Below, piece after piece: positions 27,054 through 37,293 of a stretch of 64,000 bases of DNA (the stretch's first letter is position 1; each line of letters opens with the position of its first letter). This stretch comes from Promethearchaeota archaeon (GTDB lineage: Archaea > Asgardarchaeota > Hermodarchaeia > Hermodarchaeales > Hermodarchaeaceae): positions 13,058-77,057 of the forward strand of contig JBHLPI010000002.1 in assembly GCA_048939595.1 (NCBI GenBank), written 5' to 3'. A program made the position numbers and the translations under genes. The notes under the pieces are model-generated. The model had not been told where the DNA came from and did not search any database. It was given only the letters and a program-made list of their open reading frames with translations.

Positions 27054-27709
27054 GTTGGTGCAACAAGCTGTTCAATTCTTATTCGCCGTTCTAGTTCCAC
27101 GGCGCCATAGGTTTGAAGTCTGAAATAGTCAAGCACAACTTGGAACACAGGTTGATGTAATTTCTCTGCAAGGTCATTAATGGACTTTTGGCCATCAATA
27201 GCTTCTAAGAGTAGATGATACTTCTCGGGCACTTGGGATTTGGGAACTGTGTGTACACGTACAGGAACATAACGGTCAGCTATGGCAAATGGACGAAAGA
27301 GTAAATCTATCTGTGGTAGGATATGCCGAAAATGGCTTAAATCACCCAGCCAATTTTCTAAAAGCTTACCATGCTCTCGTTCCATAATCGAAATGAGGGC
27401 ACGCATGCGTTCACGAATTGCAGCTAGATCATGAGTGGAGAATACAGCGACATAGATGTTCTTTCCGTATTCTAAGAGGATTTTGACATCTTCACGGTCG
27501 ATGATGCGGAGTCGTCCATTCTCGCGTTCTAGGGTTCGTAATTGTTGTCTATTCTCTGAGATACGGCCAACTAGGTCAGAAAGAAACATACTTACAGCTG
27601 AAAGGAATCCAGTGACAAGATCGGGTTCCATATTTTCGATTTGAAAATCTTTTTGGAGAAGGGTTCGACCATCACGATATACGACATAGAGACTATAGAG
27701 CTGGGCCAT
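27050..27709 (-). CDS. Roadblock/LC7 (MglB-like) domain protein with a C-terminal probable winged helix.
   Basis: The sequence MAQLYSLYVVYRDGRTLLQKDF...LVTGFLSAVSMFLSDL fits the Roadblock pattern. It overlaps the convergent gene by 4 nt. Confidence 0.5.
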   Translation of the reverse strand: MAQLYSLYVVYRDGRTLLQKDFQIENMEPDLVTGFLSAVSMFLSDLVGRISENRQQLRTLERENGRLRIIDREDVKILLEYGKNIYVAVFSTHDLAAIRERMRALISIMEREHGKLLENWLGDLSHFRHILPQIDLLFRPFAIADRYVPVRVHTVPKSQVPEKYHLLLEAIDGQKSINDLAEKLHQPVFQVVLDYFRLQTYGAVELERRIRIEQLVAPT

Positions 27710-27771
27710 TCACATTCAACCTTTTGTGATAATTCTCTGATGGTTTGGGGGGAGAAAAGCTTTCCGAGACC

Positions 27772-30348
27772 TTACTGAACTCGTTGAGCAATTCGATGGA
27801 TTTCACTAATGATTTCAGTTGGGGAAGCGAATTCTGTTCCAAGATAGGTTCGGCCCCCTGTTATATAGGCCATGTAGAAGGCTAGGAAAGGGATGAGTTT
27901 ATCATCTCGAATTCCGATTTCAATGTAATTTGAAACGCTTAATTCCTGAGCGCGTTTTCGAGCCCAGTCCATAAAAACGTCATGATGTTTCTTCTGTTTC
28001 ACAGGGAAAAATTCGTGATGTAAATTGATGGTAACTAAAGGAATCCGATCATTGCCCAGAAGATGGCATTGATGGAGAACATCTGCAATAGCTTCAGGTA
28101 GCCCGATATCTGGTGTATCAGAGTTTCTCAGTTGAATATTAGGTAGAAAATCACTGAATACGATAACGATGGGGAGTGTGCCAGGATTTCGACGCCGTTC
28201 TCGTTTGATGGTTTCATGGGCCCGTTTTAGCCCTGCTGCTAATGGCGTATACCCAGATAGACGGAGTGTCATAAATTTCGCTACAAGGCGTGTCCAGTTG
28301 GTTGTTGGTGCTTGGACTTCTACTGCCCCCCAGTCCTTTAACGCAATGAGCCCTACTCGGTCGCGAGTGCCCTCCAAACAGGTCTTGAAGGCAATTAGGG
28401 AGAGTTGAAGCTTATCGATGCTTTTGAGCATTGAAATACTCAGATCAACGACAAAGATAATTGTCAGGGGTGTCCGGCTTTGAAATCGTTTTTCTCGTAC
28501 ATCAGTGGGATTGATGTGAACTCGAGGAACTTCGAGGATTGTCGGGTTAGAGTGAAGTGCTGCAGCCTTAATTGTAGCGGGTATGTGAATGTTGCGAGGA
28601 GAGCCTTGAGGGAGTCCGGATCCTAAGAGGACACCGCCTTCGGATTGCCGTGATTGTAATGAGCCTGCGCGTCGGCCAACTTGACGTATTGACCATTTAG
28701 GAGCTCGTTGGCGTCCGAAGTATTTAGGTTCAAGGAAGTCTTTGAAATCAAATAGTGGTTTTCCTTCTTTCATGCGAATGAGAGAGGATCCTGACACGGG
28801 CTTCCCTGAGACAGATGGTTGGGAAGAACTCTGAACGGCTTTGGGTGATGTGGTACTTGTTGCTGGAGGGGCTGTGGAATCTCCCCGGTGTTTTGCCCGT
28901 TTATACCGACCCTTGTCGTCGGGCGGTTGTTTACCTTGGGAGAGAGCAGGCATCACAGAGCCAGGTCGACGTTGATATCGGTAGATCCGTTCGAGTAGAA
29001 TTACCAATCCCGCTGCAATCAATCCACCTACAACAAAGTTGAAGGGAGGGGGAACGGGCATTATGAGTCCGAGTGCAGCTGCTATTACCATGAAAAAACA
29101 AACAAATCCGGTATAAGAACAACGACCAGCAGCGCCTTTTCTAGGCGGGGTTCCGAAAAAACGTTCGCCATCCTGACTGCTGTCCAAAGGATGGTATTGC
29201 TTGAATTTTCGTGTGAGTTTTTGGTGCTCATCCTTTGTAAAGGGGTCTTTATCCTTGGACTGGGGAGTCTGAGTCTTGACTTTCTTTTTAGCTTCCTTCA
29301 TGATATTTTGAATCTCTTCACCTGTTGGTGGTTCGAGAATTCCACGTTGACGGGTTCGATGGCTGAGAGCCAGAGGGGCTACTATTTCTACATCTTCAGG
29401 TGTAACACTAGTACGTCCATCAAAGGCGGCAAACGCCATAGCTGTTTTGGCGATTACGATATCGGGACGAGCACCATCAACTTGGAGCTGAGTGGTTAAC
29501 TGAGCAATGAGTTCCATTATCTCCTCAGATAGTTCTATTGTCTTCATTTGCTCTCGTGCAGCTGTAATTTCGCCCCTGAGCTTCTCCTCCTGCGATGCCC
29601 ATTTCTTTTGGAGGCTTTGAGGATCGCGTTCAAAATCGATATTCAACTGAATGATTTCAACTCGTTCCGCAATGGTGAACGGGCGTTGGATTGCCACATG
29701 AAGGGGAAACCGATCTAAGAGTTGGGGACGGAGTTCTCCTTCTTCCGGGTTCATGGAGCCAATAAATATGAACCGTGAGGGGTGGCTAACGGAGATGCCT
29801 TCCCTTTCGACGACATTTACTCCTGTTGCTGCAGCATCAAGGAGTGAATCAACAATATGATCGGGAAGTAGATTTACTTCATCGACATAAAGGATGTTTT
29901 GATTTGCATCAGCAAGAATTCCTGGTTTGAGCGCGGCTTCGCCTTCACGGATAGCCCGCTCAACATCTAGGCTGCCCACAACACGGTCTTCTGTGGCACT
30001 TAATGGAAGGTTGACGACACGCATTTTTTGTTTGATGGTTGTCAGTTTCTTATTTTTTTCAAGTTTCTCAGTACAAGACGAACAAAGACCAAAAACATCG
30101 TCAGGAGCACACCGAAATTGGCAGCCTTTGACAATGGGAATTTCGGGAAGGAGGGCCGCAAGTGATCGAACAACAGTAGTTTTCCCAGTCCCTTTGGGTC
30201 CAGTTATCAGAAGCCCGCCAATGCCGGGATTAATGGCATTGAGTAACAGTGCTAGCTTCAATTCATCATGATTGACAAAAGCTGTGAATGGGAGAACACT
30301 GCGTAGGCTAGTATTTACTTCCGGAACCAAGCGAGGAACCTCTACCAC
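27772..30348 (-). CDS. Fused ChlI/BchI-like AAA+ ATPase, two TM helices, and a ChlD/BchD-like vWA domain (Mg-chelatase-like architecture, membrane-inserted).
   Basis: The ATPase part has a Walker A ([20 protein letters not shown]), the ChlI-type Zn-ribbon insert (CQFRCAPDD...CSSC) and a sensor region. A Pro/Ser-rich linker follows. The hydrophobic segments are [18 protein letters not shown] and [15 protein letters not shown]. The vWA domain carries the MIDAS motif DLSISM (DxSxS). Confidence 0.75.
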   Translation of the reverse strand: MVEVPRLVPEVNTSLRSVLPFTAFVNHDELKLALLLNAINPGIGGLLITGPKGTGKTTVVRSLAALLPEIPIVKGCQFRCAPDDVFGLCSSCTEKLEKNKKLTTIKQKMRVVNLPLSATEDRVVGSLDVERAIREGEAALKPGILADANQNILYVDEVNLLPDHIVDSLLDAAATGVNVVEREGISVSHPSRFIFIGSMNPEEGELRPQLLDRFPLHVAIQRPFTIAERVEIIQLNIDFERDPQSLQKKWASQEEKLRGEITAAREQMKTIELSEEIMELIAQLTTQLQVDGARPDIVIAKTAMAFAAFDGRTSVTPEDVEIVAPLALSHRTRQRGILEPPTGEEIQNIMKEAKKKVKTQTPQSKDKDPFTKDEHQKLTRKFKQYHPLDSSQDGERFFGTPPRKGAAGRCSYTGFVCFFMVIAAALGLIMPVPPPFNFVVGGLIAAGLVILLERIYRYQRRPGSVMPALSQGKQPPDDKGRYKRAKHRGDSTAPPATSTTSPKAVQSSSQPSVSGKPVSGSSLIRMKEGKPLFDFKDFLEPKYFGRQRAPKWSIRQVGRRAGSLQSRQSEGGVLLGSGLPQGSPRNIHIPATIKAAALHSNPTILEVPRVHINPTDVREKRFQSRTPLTIIFVVDLSISMLKSIDKLQLSLIAFKTCLEGTRDRVGLIALKDWGAVEVQAPTTNWTRLVAKFMTLRLSGYTPLAAGLKRAHETIKRERRRNPGTLPIVIVFSDFLPNIQLRNSDTPDIGLPEAIADVLHQCHLLGNDRIPLVTINLHHEFFPVKQKKHHDVFMDWARKRAQELSVSNYIEIGIRDDKLIPFLAFYMAYITGGRTYLGTEFASPTEIISEIHRIAQRVQ

Positions 30349-30469
30349 TCCTGCCCGCCTTTCGCTTATAGAATTTTGGGAAGATGCACCAATAATATGA
30401 AAGACAATACAACCATTGATTTCGCGTTTTAGGCAAAAGCTTTAGCTTCCGAAGTTCCTTCTTGTAGCT

Positions 30470-30988
30470 ATGACCACCAAAACCCCTAAGGATTTGCGAA
30501 GCGGGCTAGCTGCAGCCTATGAAGCAGCTCGTGATCATCTTCGATATATCGTTTCTGATTTGACACCTGAACAGGCAGGGAAGGAACCAGCTCCTGAGTC
30601 ACGGACAATTATCTACTATTTGACGCATATTGCGAATTCGGAGTTGTACTGGCTATCTGCTTCAGGGCGCAAGGTGGTGGTATATGCAAAAACAGTCCCT
30701 CTTGCTATTGCTCTTGATCTGTTAGAAGATGTCCGGAAACGGATGCAGCGTGAGTTAAAGGAGTGCCCTGAAGAAGAATTAGTTTTTCAACCTCCCACCC
30801 AGAAAAAGAAACCCAGTTTAGGATGGGTCATTTCACATATTACCCTTCACACCCTCTATCATAGTGGAGAGATTATCTATGCACGGTATGCAGTTGGGGG
30901 ATCTGATTTGCCAAACGATGAACTTGAAGAATGTTGGGGTCGAATGATGGAAGCAATCGCCCAACTCATTTTCTTCGTCAAACAGTAG
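30470..30988 (+). CDS. DinB/YfiT-like (DinB_2) metal-dependent four-helix-bundle protein.
   Basis: The conserved histidines are LTHIANSELYWL and HITLHTLYHSGEI. Confidence 0.55.
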   Translation: MTTKTPKDLRSGLAAAYEAARDHLRYIVSDLTPEQAGKEPAPESRTIIYYLTHIANSELYWLSASGRKVVVYAKTVPLAIALDLLEDVRKRMQRELKECPEEELVFQPPTQKKKPSLGWVISHITLHTLYHSGEIIYARYAVGGSDLPNDELEECWGRMMEAIAQLIFFVKQ

Positions 30989-31025
30989 TAGTTCATCATT
31001 AAATACGAACTTTCAGTTTCGCTTT

Positions 31026-31580
31026 TCATGCTGCGACCAGTGAGGAAAAGGTTTCTTCAAAAATAGCATAAGAAGTAGGATCAAATAAGCAGAACACAAT
31101 ACGCCGAAGGCTAGAATCTAATTCCTGTACAAAAGCTAATGTGGTACTAAGAATAATCTCAGCAGCTTGCTCTTTGGGGAATCCAAAGATGCCTGTGCTA
31201 ATGGCAGGGAAGGCAATGCTACGTAGATGCTTTCCTATAGCAATCTTGAGCGCATTTCTCACAGCACTTGCAAGTTTATTAGCTTCATCTCCTTCTCCCC
31301 AACGAGGTCCGACAGCATGAATCACATAACGCGCTTTTAGGTTTCCTCCAGTTGTAAGAATTGCTGATCCAACTGGCGTTCCCCCGATATCATCACACTC
31401 GCGTTGTATAGCTGGTCCTCCGCGTCGGCGAATTGCACCTGCAACCCCGCCTCCCATTTGGAGTGACTCATTTGCTGCGTTAACAATCGCATCAGTCGCA
31501 AGTTCGGTGATATCGCCCTGTACAAGTTCGATTGTAACTTTGTTGACGACCCGCCGCATACTCCAACACCATTCGACCAA
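31026..31580 (-). CDS. Macro domain protein (ADP-ribose binding or O-acetyl-ADP-ribose deacetylase-like).
   Basis: The sequence IELVQGDITELATDAIVNAANESLQMGGGVAGAIRRRGG...AFPAISTGIFGFP carries canonical macro motifs. The likely start is MRRVV at 31559. Confidence 0.85.
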   Translation of the reverse strand: MVEWCWSMRRVVNKVTIELVQGDITELATDAIVNAANESLQMGGGVAGAIRRRGGPAIQRECDDIGGTPVGSAILTTGGNLKARYVIHAVGPRWGEGDEANKLASAVRNALKIAIGKHLRSIAFPAISTGIFGFPKEQAAEIILSTTLAFVQELDSSLRRIVFCLFDPTSYAIFEETFSSLVAA

Positions 31581-31658
31581 CCGCTACCTGCAAAAGTCCT
31601 ATTTCTAAGCTTAAAGGTTTCCCTTGACAGTGACTTGATATGAGGTAGATTGTATGTA

Positions 31659-32339
31659 TTAAAAGCTGGGAAAGAGGGGAAGCAAACCCCAACCTGTTAT
31701 TCCAGAGATGAGGATAAATATCCAGCAAAGAAGGATGAAAAGAGAACCTGTAATCAAGAATCCTTGTTTTGCTCGAGGATCAATTAAGCCTAGATGTTCA
31801 TCGAGGTATTCAGTTTTAAAAGTTAATCGAACATAGTAGATTGCTGCAATTGCCACTGGCACCCAGACGATATCCACAAAGGTGAAAATCACTCCAATAG
31901 CACCAGCAATTCCAAAGAGCCAGAAATCAGCAATAACAAACGCCACTGTTTCCCAAACCACACCTATCACCATTGCGAGATTTTCACGAAGTGGCCCTAT
32001 AGATTTGGTTCGACCGATATAACCGACGATGAAGGCTTCTGGACCACGAACTGCGACAATTCCGGGGATGAAAATCGCAGGCCAACCCACTGAGGAGATA
32101 AGGACACCTTTTCCGATTAGTTGCCCAATTGATGTAATAATGAGCCCTAAGGAAGGTCCATAAAGGATGGCAATTGCAAATATGAGGATGGATGAGGTAT
32201 CAATTGAACCGATTGGGGGAGGGAGAACTACCGCAAACATCGCCATGAAGGCCATTAGGGCGCTTAGAATGCCAATTGTAGCGACGTATAAGGATCGCGG
32301 AGCAGATTTTTCTGCCAGTAACTCATTCACGCATACCAA
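31659..32339 (-). CDS. Polytopic membrane protein, possibly an ECF-transporter S-component-like substrate-binding membrane protein.
   Basis: The ORF has about six TM helices. The family assignment is tentative. Confidence 0.4.
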   Translation of the reverse strand: MVCVNELLAEKSAPRSLYVATIGILSALMAFMAMFAVVLPPPIGSIDTSSILIFAIAILYGPSLGLIITSIGQLIGKGVLISSVGWPAIFIPGIVAVRGPEAFIVGYIGRTKSIGPLRENLAMVIGVVWETVAFVIADFWLFGIAGAIGVIFTFVDIVWVPVAIAAIYYVRLTFKTEYLDEHLGLIDPRAKQGFLITGSLFILLCWIFILISGITGWGLLPLFPSF

Positions 32340-32449
32340 CTCCCGAATGAAGGGGAGATTCTATACGGGTTGTATATAAGGGTTGTGTAAAATCTGTAGA
32401 CTCAAAAGGAAGAATTATCAAGAACATGAAAGGTTCAACTCATTGAGGG

Positions 32450-33001
32450 TTGGCGATGATCGACGATCCTGCAAAGTTGATTCAACAGCTAGAATCTGGC
32501 ATTAGTAAGCTTACTCAAACCCCTCACTTTGCCAGACTTGTGCCAGAAGTTGGAGGTAATTTTGTAGCCTGTCTATCTGGAGCTAAAGAACTTTCCCAGG
32601 TTGCAGGGTTGACTGGTCGGATTATCCTAGTTCGAGGGAAACCTGAAGCTATCGGTGAGGTTGATTTTGGCTGGGCACCTTACATGGGACGTGTAATCCT
32701 CAAAGCACACGCTTTGAATGAGTCAATTCATGCTGCTGTTTCGTTACGCCATTCAAATGAAATTGTCGAAGCCGCTCGACAAGCTAACTTGCAAGTTGTG
32801 GGATATCGGCTTGGAGAACGCACACCAATCCCTGAGTGCATGACGCTAGAGGGCTTAATGAAATATGGATTTGTTCCAGAAGTGCTGTTTGATTGGGGAG
32901 CCCATGGAGTTGAACCACTTGTGGTGGTCTTTGGACAAGCTCCCAAAGTGGTTACTCAAAGAGTGCATGCAATATTAGGAAGATTACTGGCTGATGAGTG
33001 A
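32450..33001 (+). CDS. Hypothetical protein of 183 aa, possibly related to ThiN-type thiamine-phosphate synthase.
   Basis: This rests on an unverified recollection of archaeal ThiN-domain features. A PurM-family gene lies adjacent. Confidence 0.3.
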   Translation: MAMIDDPAKLIQQLESGISKLTQTPHFARLVPEVGGNFVACLSGAKELSQVAGLTGRIILVRGKPEAIGEVDFGWAPYMGRVILKAHALNESIHAAVSLRHSNEIVEAARQANLQVVGYRLGERTPIPECMTLEGLMKYGFVPEVLFDWGAHGVEPLVVVFGQAPKVVTQRVHAILGRLLADE

Positions 33002-33773
33002 CAAAAACTTGGCACACACCAAATCGAAGAACATTGAACACAAACGTGCTGTGAGTCTAGCGTTTGGATCAATAGCATCCAGTTACGATTCTTGGTACCA
33101 GACAGCCATTGGCAAATATGTCTGGTTTGTGGAAACACAAGCACTTCAAGCCTTGTACCCGACTACCCCTTATCATGTAGCTTTGGAGATAGGGGTGGGC
33201 ACCGGTAAGGCGATCTCGCTGATTGGGGATACACACTCTCAACTCATAGGAATTGATATTGCCTGGCAGATGCTTGCAATTGCCTATGGCAAGTTTGCGA
33301 AATTTGATAATATACAGTTAGTGCTTGCAGATGGAACCAGCTTACCTTTTCGAAATGAATGCTGTGACATTACCTTGAGTATGACCGTGTTGGAATTTGT
33401 TAACAACAGAGATGGGTTTGTCCAAGAAATTTATCGGTGTTTAAGGACTGCAGGAGATTTGCTATTAGGAGTTCTTACTTCACTTAATTTGTGGGCCGTC
33501 GATCGACAAATTCGTAGCTGGATTCAACACGATGTGTTTGAACTCGCTAGCTTTCCAAATCCTTGGCAAGTTGTTCGGCGATTGTCTCGAAATGGTTTCA
33601 CCCAAATTCGATATCGGGGAGCAGTCTATGCTCCTTCATTTTTACCTGAAAAATGCTTCCCGTTTATTTCTAGGTTTGAGGCTAAACTGGGTAATCGGTG
33701 GCCGACTCGTGCAGTTGGTGCATTTACGGTGTTTAGTGCAAAACGGGGTGGACTTAAGTCAGACGATCTGTGA
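32994..33773 (+). CDS. Class I SAM-dependent methyltransferase.
   Basis: Motif I is LEIGVGTGK, followed by a post-I acidic residue, giving a Methyltransf_11-like layout. Confidence 0.75.
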   Translation: MSDKNLAHTKSKNIEHKRAVSLAFGSIASSYDSWYQTAIGKYVWFVETQALQALYPTTPYHVALEIGVGTGKAISLIGDTHSQLIGIDIAWQMLAIAYGKFAKFDNIQLVLADGTSLPFRNECCDITLSMTVLEFVNNRDGFVQEIYRCLRTAGDLLLGVLTSLNLWAVDRQIRSWIQHDVFELASFPNPWQVVRRLSRNGFTQIRYRGAVYAPSFLPEKCFPFISRFEAKLGNRWPTRAVGAFTVFSAKRGGLKSDDL

Positions 33774-34809
33774 AGCGTTTATAGGGATCTTCTCCGGGTT
33801 TAAGGCGCTGGGTTTTCCCTTCTGATGCAATCCGAATCTGTTTCTTCTTCGTGATTTTTCCAATTATTGCAGCTTTTCGTCCATGTTGACGAATGGTTTC
33901 GATTATCCCATTGGCCGACTCATTGTGTGTGACAATAAGGAAAGTTCCAAATGATGAGCAATAAAGCGGATTCCAGCCCAAGTAGTTAAAGAGCAAGCTA
34001 CTGGGTTCATCCCAAGGAATTTCACCACACTGTACAACCATTCCTAATCCAGTGGCTTGTTGAAGTTCAAATAGTGCAGTGGCTAATCCCCCTTCAGCGA
34101 TGTCGTGAAGTAAGACGATTTGCTCGCGGGGAAGAGATTGGACTATTGGGACCACACGGAAAGGGCTTAGGTCATTAGCTAAGGCTATACGCTGTGAGCG
34201 GGGGAAGACGGTATCCACAGTTGCGGGTTCGATGTTGGCCAGAAACCATATGGTTTCCCGACCGATAGGACCAACAGCTACTATGACATCTTCCGGTCTT
34301 ATGTTGGATTCATGGCCTGGTAAATCAGAGAGTATTCCAAAACAGGTTGTAGCAATAAGAGGGGCTTGGAGTCCATCGTATCCACCAGTATGTCCCCCGA
34401 TAACTTTGAGATTAAGTTCTTGAGCTTCATGTCCAAGCTGTTTCATGGTTGCAGTAAGCCATTTCTCACCAGTGTTGGGTGGATAATAGATACCCAAAGA
34501 AAGGTACTGGGGAGTAGCCCACGCCATTGCGACATCGGTGGCTGAGTAGTGAACTGCGAAGAACCCATAGAAGTGGAGTGGTATACCCAACACGGGATCT
34601 GAGGCAACAACCACATTTCCAGTAATAGGAGCAGCACCGTAATCTAGAAGCACAGAACGAGAATCAGTAACACGAGGAAGGTAGGGGAACACGAGGCGTT
34701 CTAGGTCGGATAGCTTAAGTTTGCCCTTAGGAAGAGTCACTATGGTTACCTCAGATGAAAGAACAACATAGCAGGTTATAATGGATACGGTTCTTAGTCC
34801 TGAATTCAT
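33754..34809 (-). CDS. PurM-superfamily protein (AIR-synthase-related; ThiL/HypE/marker-protein-2-like).
   Basis: The ORF shows a PurM N/C two-domain pattern (DYGAAPI...VVVASDPV...HF and GGHTGGYDG). The precise member cannot be assigned. Confidence 0.5.
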   Translation of the reverse strand: MNSGLRTVSIITCYVVLSSEVTIVTLPKGKLKLSDLERLVFPYLPRVTDSRSVLLDYGAAPITGNVVVASDPVLGIPLHFYGFFAVHYSATDVAMAWATPQYLSLGIYYPPNTGEKWLTATMKQLGHEAQELNLKVIGGHTGGYDGLQAPLIATTCFGILSDLPGHESNIRPEDVIVAVGPIGRETIWFLANIEPATVDTVFPRSQRIALANDLSPFRVVPIVQSLPREQIVLLHDIAEGGLATALFELQQATGLGMVVQCGEIPWDEPSSLLFNYLGWNPLYCSSFGTFLIVTHNESANGIIETIRQHGRKAAIIGKITKKKQIRIASEGKTQRLKPGEDPYKRFTDRLT

Positions 34810-35762
34810 TCTTCGTCAATTTGAGCTTCGGTTCTGTGAAACCTTGGTTCTAAGGCAATGAGAGCAGTTGCAAGAAAGATTAGGACGGCTCCAAGCCCTT
34901 GCCAAGGAGCGACAGGTTGACCAAGGAAGAAGAAGCCAAAAATAACAGCGCTAATGGGATCCAAGAGGAGAATGATGGAAGCCGCCGAGGCATCTATCTG
35001 TTTCACACCAATATTTGTTAGCAAATAGGGAATTGTGGTCGCGATTAGAGCAAATCCCAAAAGAAGTAACCAAGTGGGAGGAGGGAGGATTAATTGGATT
35101 CCAACGATTCGTGGGTCATTAATGAAGAGGCTAACGATGAGGATAATTGGAACCATCCAGAGCATGGCAAAGAAATATCCCCAAAAGGTGGCCACGGAAG
35201 GGCGGTATCCTTCATGTCCACTCCATTTTCGTCCTAACACCATATAGATTGCTGCGAACACGGCATTGGAGAGGGCTAAAATAATTCCAGCTAGGGGAGC
35301 TGCAACAACAAAAGGGAAGATTGGAAGTGAGACAACTATTGCCCCTACAATGGATAGAGGAACAGCAATGAGTCGAATGGGAGTCAGTGATTCTTGGAGC
35401 ATAATGCGTCCAAGGAGCAGCGTGATCGCGGGATAAAGATAGGTAAGCGAAACTGCAACCACAACCGGGGTACCAATCGCGATGGCAGTGATGTACACTA
35501 TAAGCCCAAGGGCGATCCCGATTAGCCCATAGATGATAAAATGCACGAGATGTCTGCGTTGAATGGTGATATTGCGGAATGAATAGCTAATCCCAAGTCC
35601 AATGAAGAGGTAAAGGACGGTAAATGATGTGCGAAACAAAGCTTGTTGAAGGGATGAGACGCCAAAGAAGGTCAGGTAGGATGAAAAGACTGGGATAGTA
35701 CCAAAACAGATAGCGGCGATGATTAAGCTGGCATAACTGGTTTTGTGTGAGATCATCGTCAT
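34806..35762 (-). CDS. EamA/DMT-family transporter.
   Basis: The ORF has ten TM helices in a two-fold EamA repeat pattern. Confidence 0.7.
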   Translation of the reverse strand: MTMISHKTSYASLIIAAICFGTIPVFSSYLTFFGVSSLQQALFRTSFTVLYLFIGLGISYSFRNITIQRRHLVHFIIYGLIGIALGLIVYITAIAIGTPVVVAVSLTYLYPAITLLLGRIMLQESLTPIRLIAVPLSIVGAIVVSLPIFPFVVAAPLAGIILALSNAVFAAIYMVLGRKWSGHEGYRPSVATFWGYFFAMLWMVPIILIVSLFINDPRIVGIQLILPPPTWLLLLGFALIATTIPYLLTNIGVKQIDASAASIILLLDPISAVIFGFFFLGQPVAPWQGLGAVLIFLATALIALEPRFHRTEAQIDEE

Positions 35763-35810
35763 CTTCCACTTGGACTTTCTATGGGGCTTTGATGATAGGC
35801 ATTCTTTTGT

Positions 35811-36386
35811 TTATGCCTTATGTTTTGTTACGGCTTTAGCTCCCTCGTGCAAGGCTGTAATGTTTTGTTTTTTGAAGCGTTTTAGCTTGTCATCTAGCGT
35901 GATTGTTTTTTCGAGGACCTTCATGTCAATGCGGTCATCAATTGCAGCAAGAGCGCCCAGAGAAGCAACGCCAATATATCTCACATGCCCGAGAGCATCA
36001 GCAAGTTTACGAATTCCAGCATGGTATATGGTAGTTCCATTTTCTTGGGGAAGATCGCGAAGTCCCAATTGCACAATCGGATCATTCAGAATTTCGGTTT
36101 CAATTAAGAGAAGCTCACTGCTCAGGTCGGGAGTGATTGAGCAGCATCTTTTGAATGCTGGTGTTGAAAGCACGATGAGAATATTAGGTTTTTCAAACCG
36201 CAATTCAAAAATGGGATCAGATGCTATTGTCAGATCTGCTGTACAAGCCCCACCTCGGGCAGCTGCACCATGGGATTCCGTTTGTAATACATGAAATCCT
36301 TTTTGAGTGAAGGCAAGTCCTAGAATTCGACTGGCTGTGACAACACCATAACCGCCATAGCCTGCAAATCGTATTGTAAGATACAT
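35811..36386 (-). CDS. 2-oxoacid:ferredoxin oxidoreductase gamma subunit.
   Basis: The sequence MYLTIRFAGYGGYGVVTASRILG is the Por/Kor gamma signature. The ORF track starts 31 codons upstream. Confidence 0.8.
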   Translation of the reverse strand: MYLTIRFAGYGGYGVVTASRILGLAFTQKGFHVLQTESHGAAARGGACTADLTIASDPIFELRFEKPNILIVLSTPAFKRCCSITPDLSSELLLIETEILNDPIVQLGLRDLPQENGTTIYHAGIRKLADALGHVRYIGVASLGALAAIDDRIDMKVLEKTITLDDKLKRFKKQNITALHEGAKAVTKHKA

Positions 36387-36405
36387 GACACCTTTCTCTC
36401 CCTTG

Positions 36406-37293
36406 CTAGCCCCAAAGTTCTTGGAGATGTTCGATAAGTGTGGGTCGCAATTCTCGCCGGAACAGGCCAAGCTCGACATCCTTGCCTTTGAATTTCAGTT
36501 GATATCGTGGGTGCCCTAGATGATCACCTGATTTCTTGCCTTTCAGAACTTTTAACATCCAGGCCCCAGGATGCCGTCGGTATTGGTCCAAGTCTTCCGG
36601 GGAGAGGGCAGCTTGATATTCTGAGAAAAACTGAGCCGCATAGGTTGGACATTGTGAAATGACTTCGATGAATGAAAAGCCCGGATGCATAAGCGCTTCT
36701 TTAATGGTAGTAATCAGTTCATTCACATAGTATGTGGTCCAACGGGCTACATAACTGGCCCCAGCGCCAAGGACTAATTGGGTGAGATCAAAGGGAGCTT
36801 CAGGATGTTGTGGATAAGTTGATGTTTGGACATGAAGCGGAGTTGTTGGAGCCGATTGTCCTCCTGTCATCCCGTAGTTGAGATTATTAACTAAAATGAC
36901 AGTCATTGGGATGTTACGGCGAGCAGCATGGATAAGGTGATTTCCTCCAATAGCAGCACCATCACCATCACCTGTAAATATGGCGATTTTGAGCTTCGGA
37001 TTCATCACTTTAGTCCCAGTGGCAAACGCAATGGCACGGCCATGAGTGGTATGTAAGGTATCACCTTTGAAATGGGGACTGGGAATCCAGGCAGAACAAC
37101 CAATACCCGAAACCCCTAGGAGGTCTCGATGCTGAAGTTGTTTGGTTATAATTAACTCGTCAACGGCACGGACAAATGCATTGAGTATTGTCCCATTACC
37201 ACAGCCAGCACAAAACGCACTAGGCAGATTTCGAAGATAATTCTCACGATAATATGCCTGAGGTTTACCGAGTGATTGGTCGGTCTTTGTCAT
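36406..37293 (-). CDS. 2-oxoacid:ferredoxin oxidoreductase beta subunit (TPP-binding).
   Basis: Motifs include CAGCGNGTI and GDGDGAAIGGNH. Confidence 0.85.
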   Translation of the reverse strand: MTKTDQSLGKPQAYYRENYLRNLPSAFCAGCGNGTILNAFVRAVDELIITKQLQHRDLLGVSGIGCSAWIPSPHFKGDTLHTTHGRAIAFATGTKVMNPKLKIAIFTGDGDGAAIGGNHLIHAARRNIPMTVILVNNLNYGMTGGQSAPTTPLHVQTSTYPQHPEAPFDLTQLVLGAGASYVARWTTYYVNELITTIKEALMHPGFSFIEVISQCPTYAAQFFSEYQAALSPEDLDQYRRHPGAWMLKVLKGKKSGDHLGHPRYQLKFKGKDVELGLFRRELRPTLIEHLQELWG

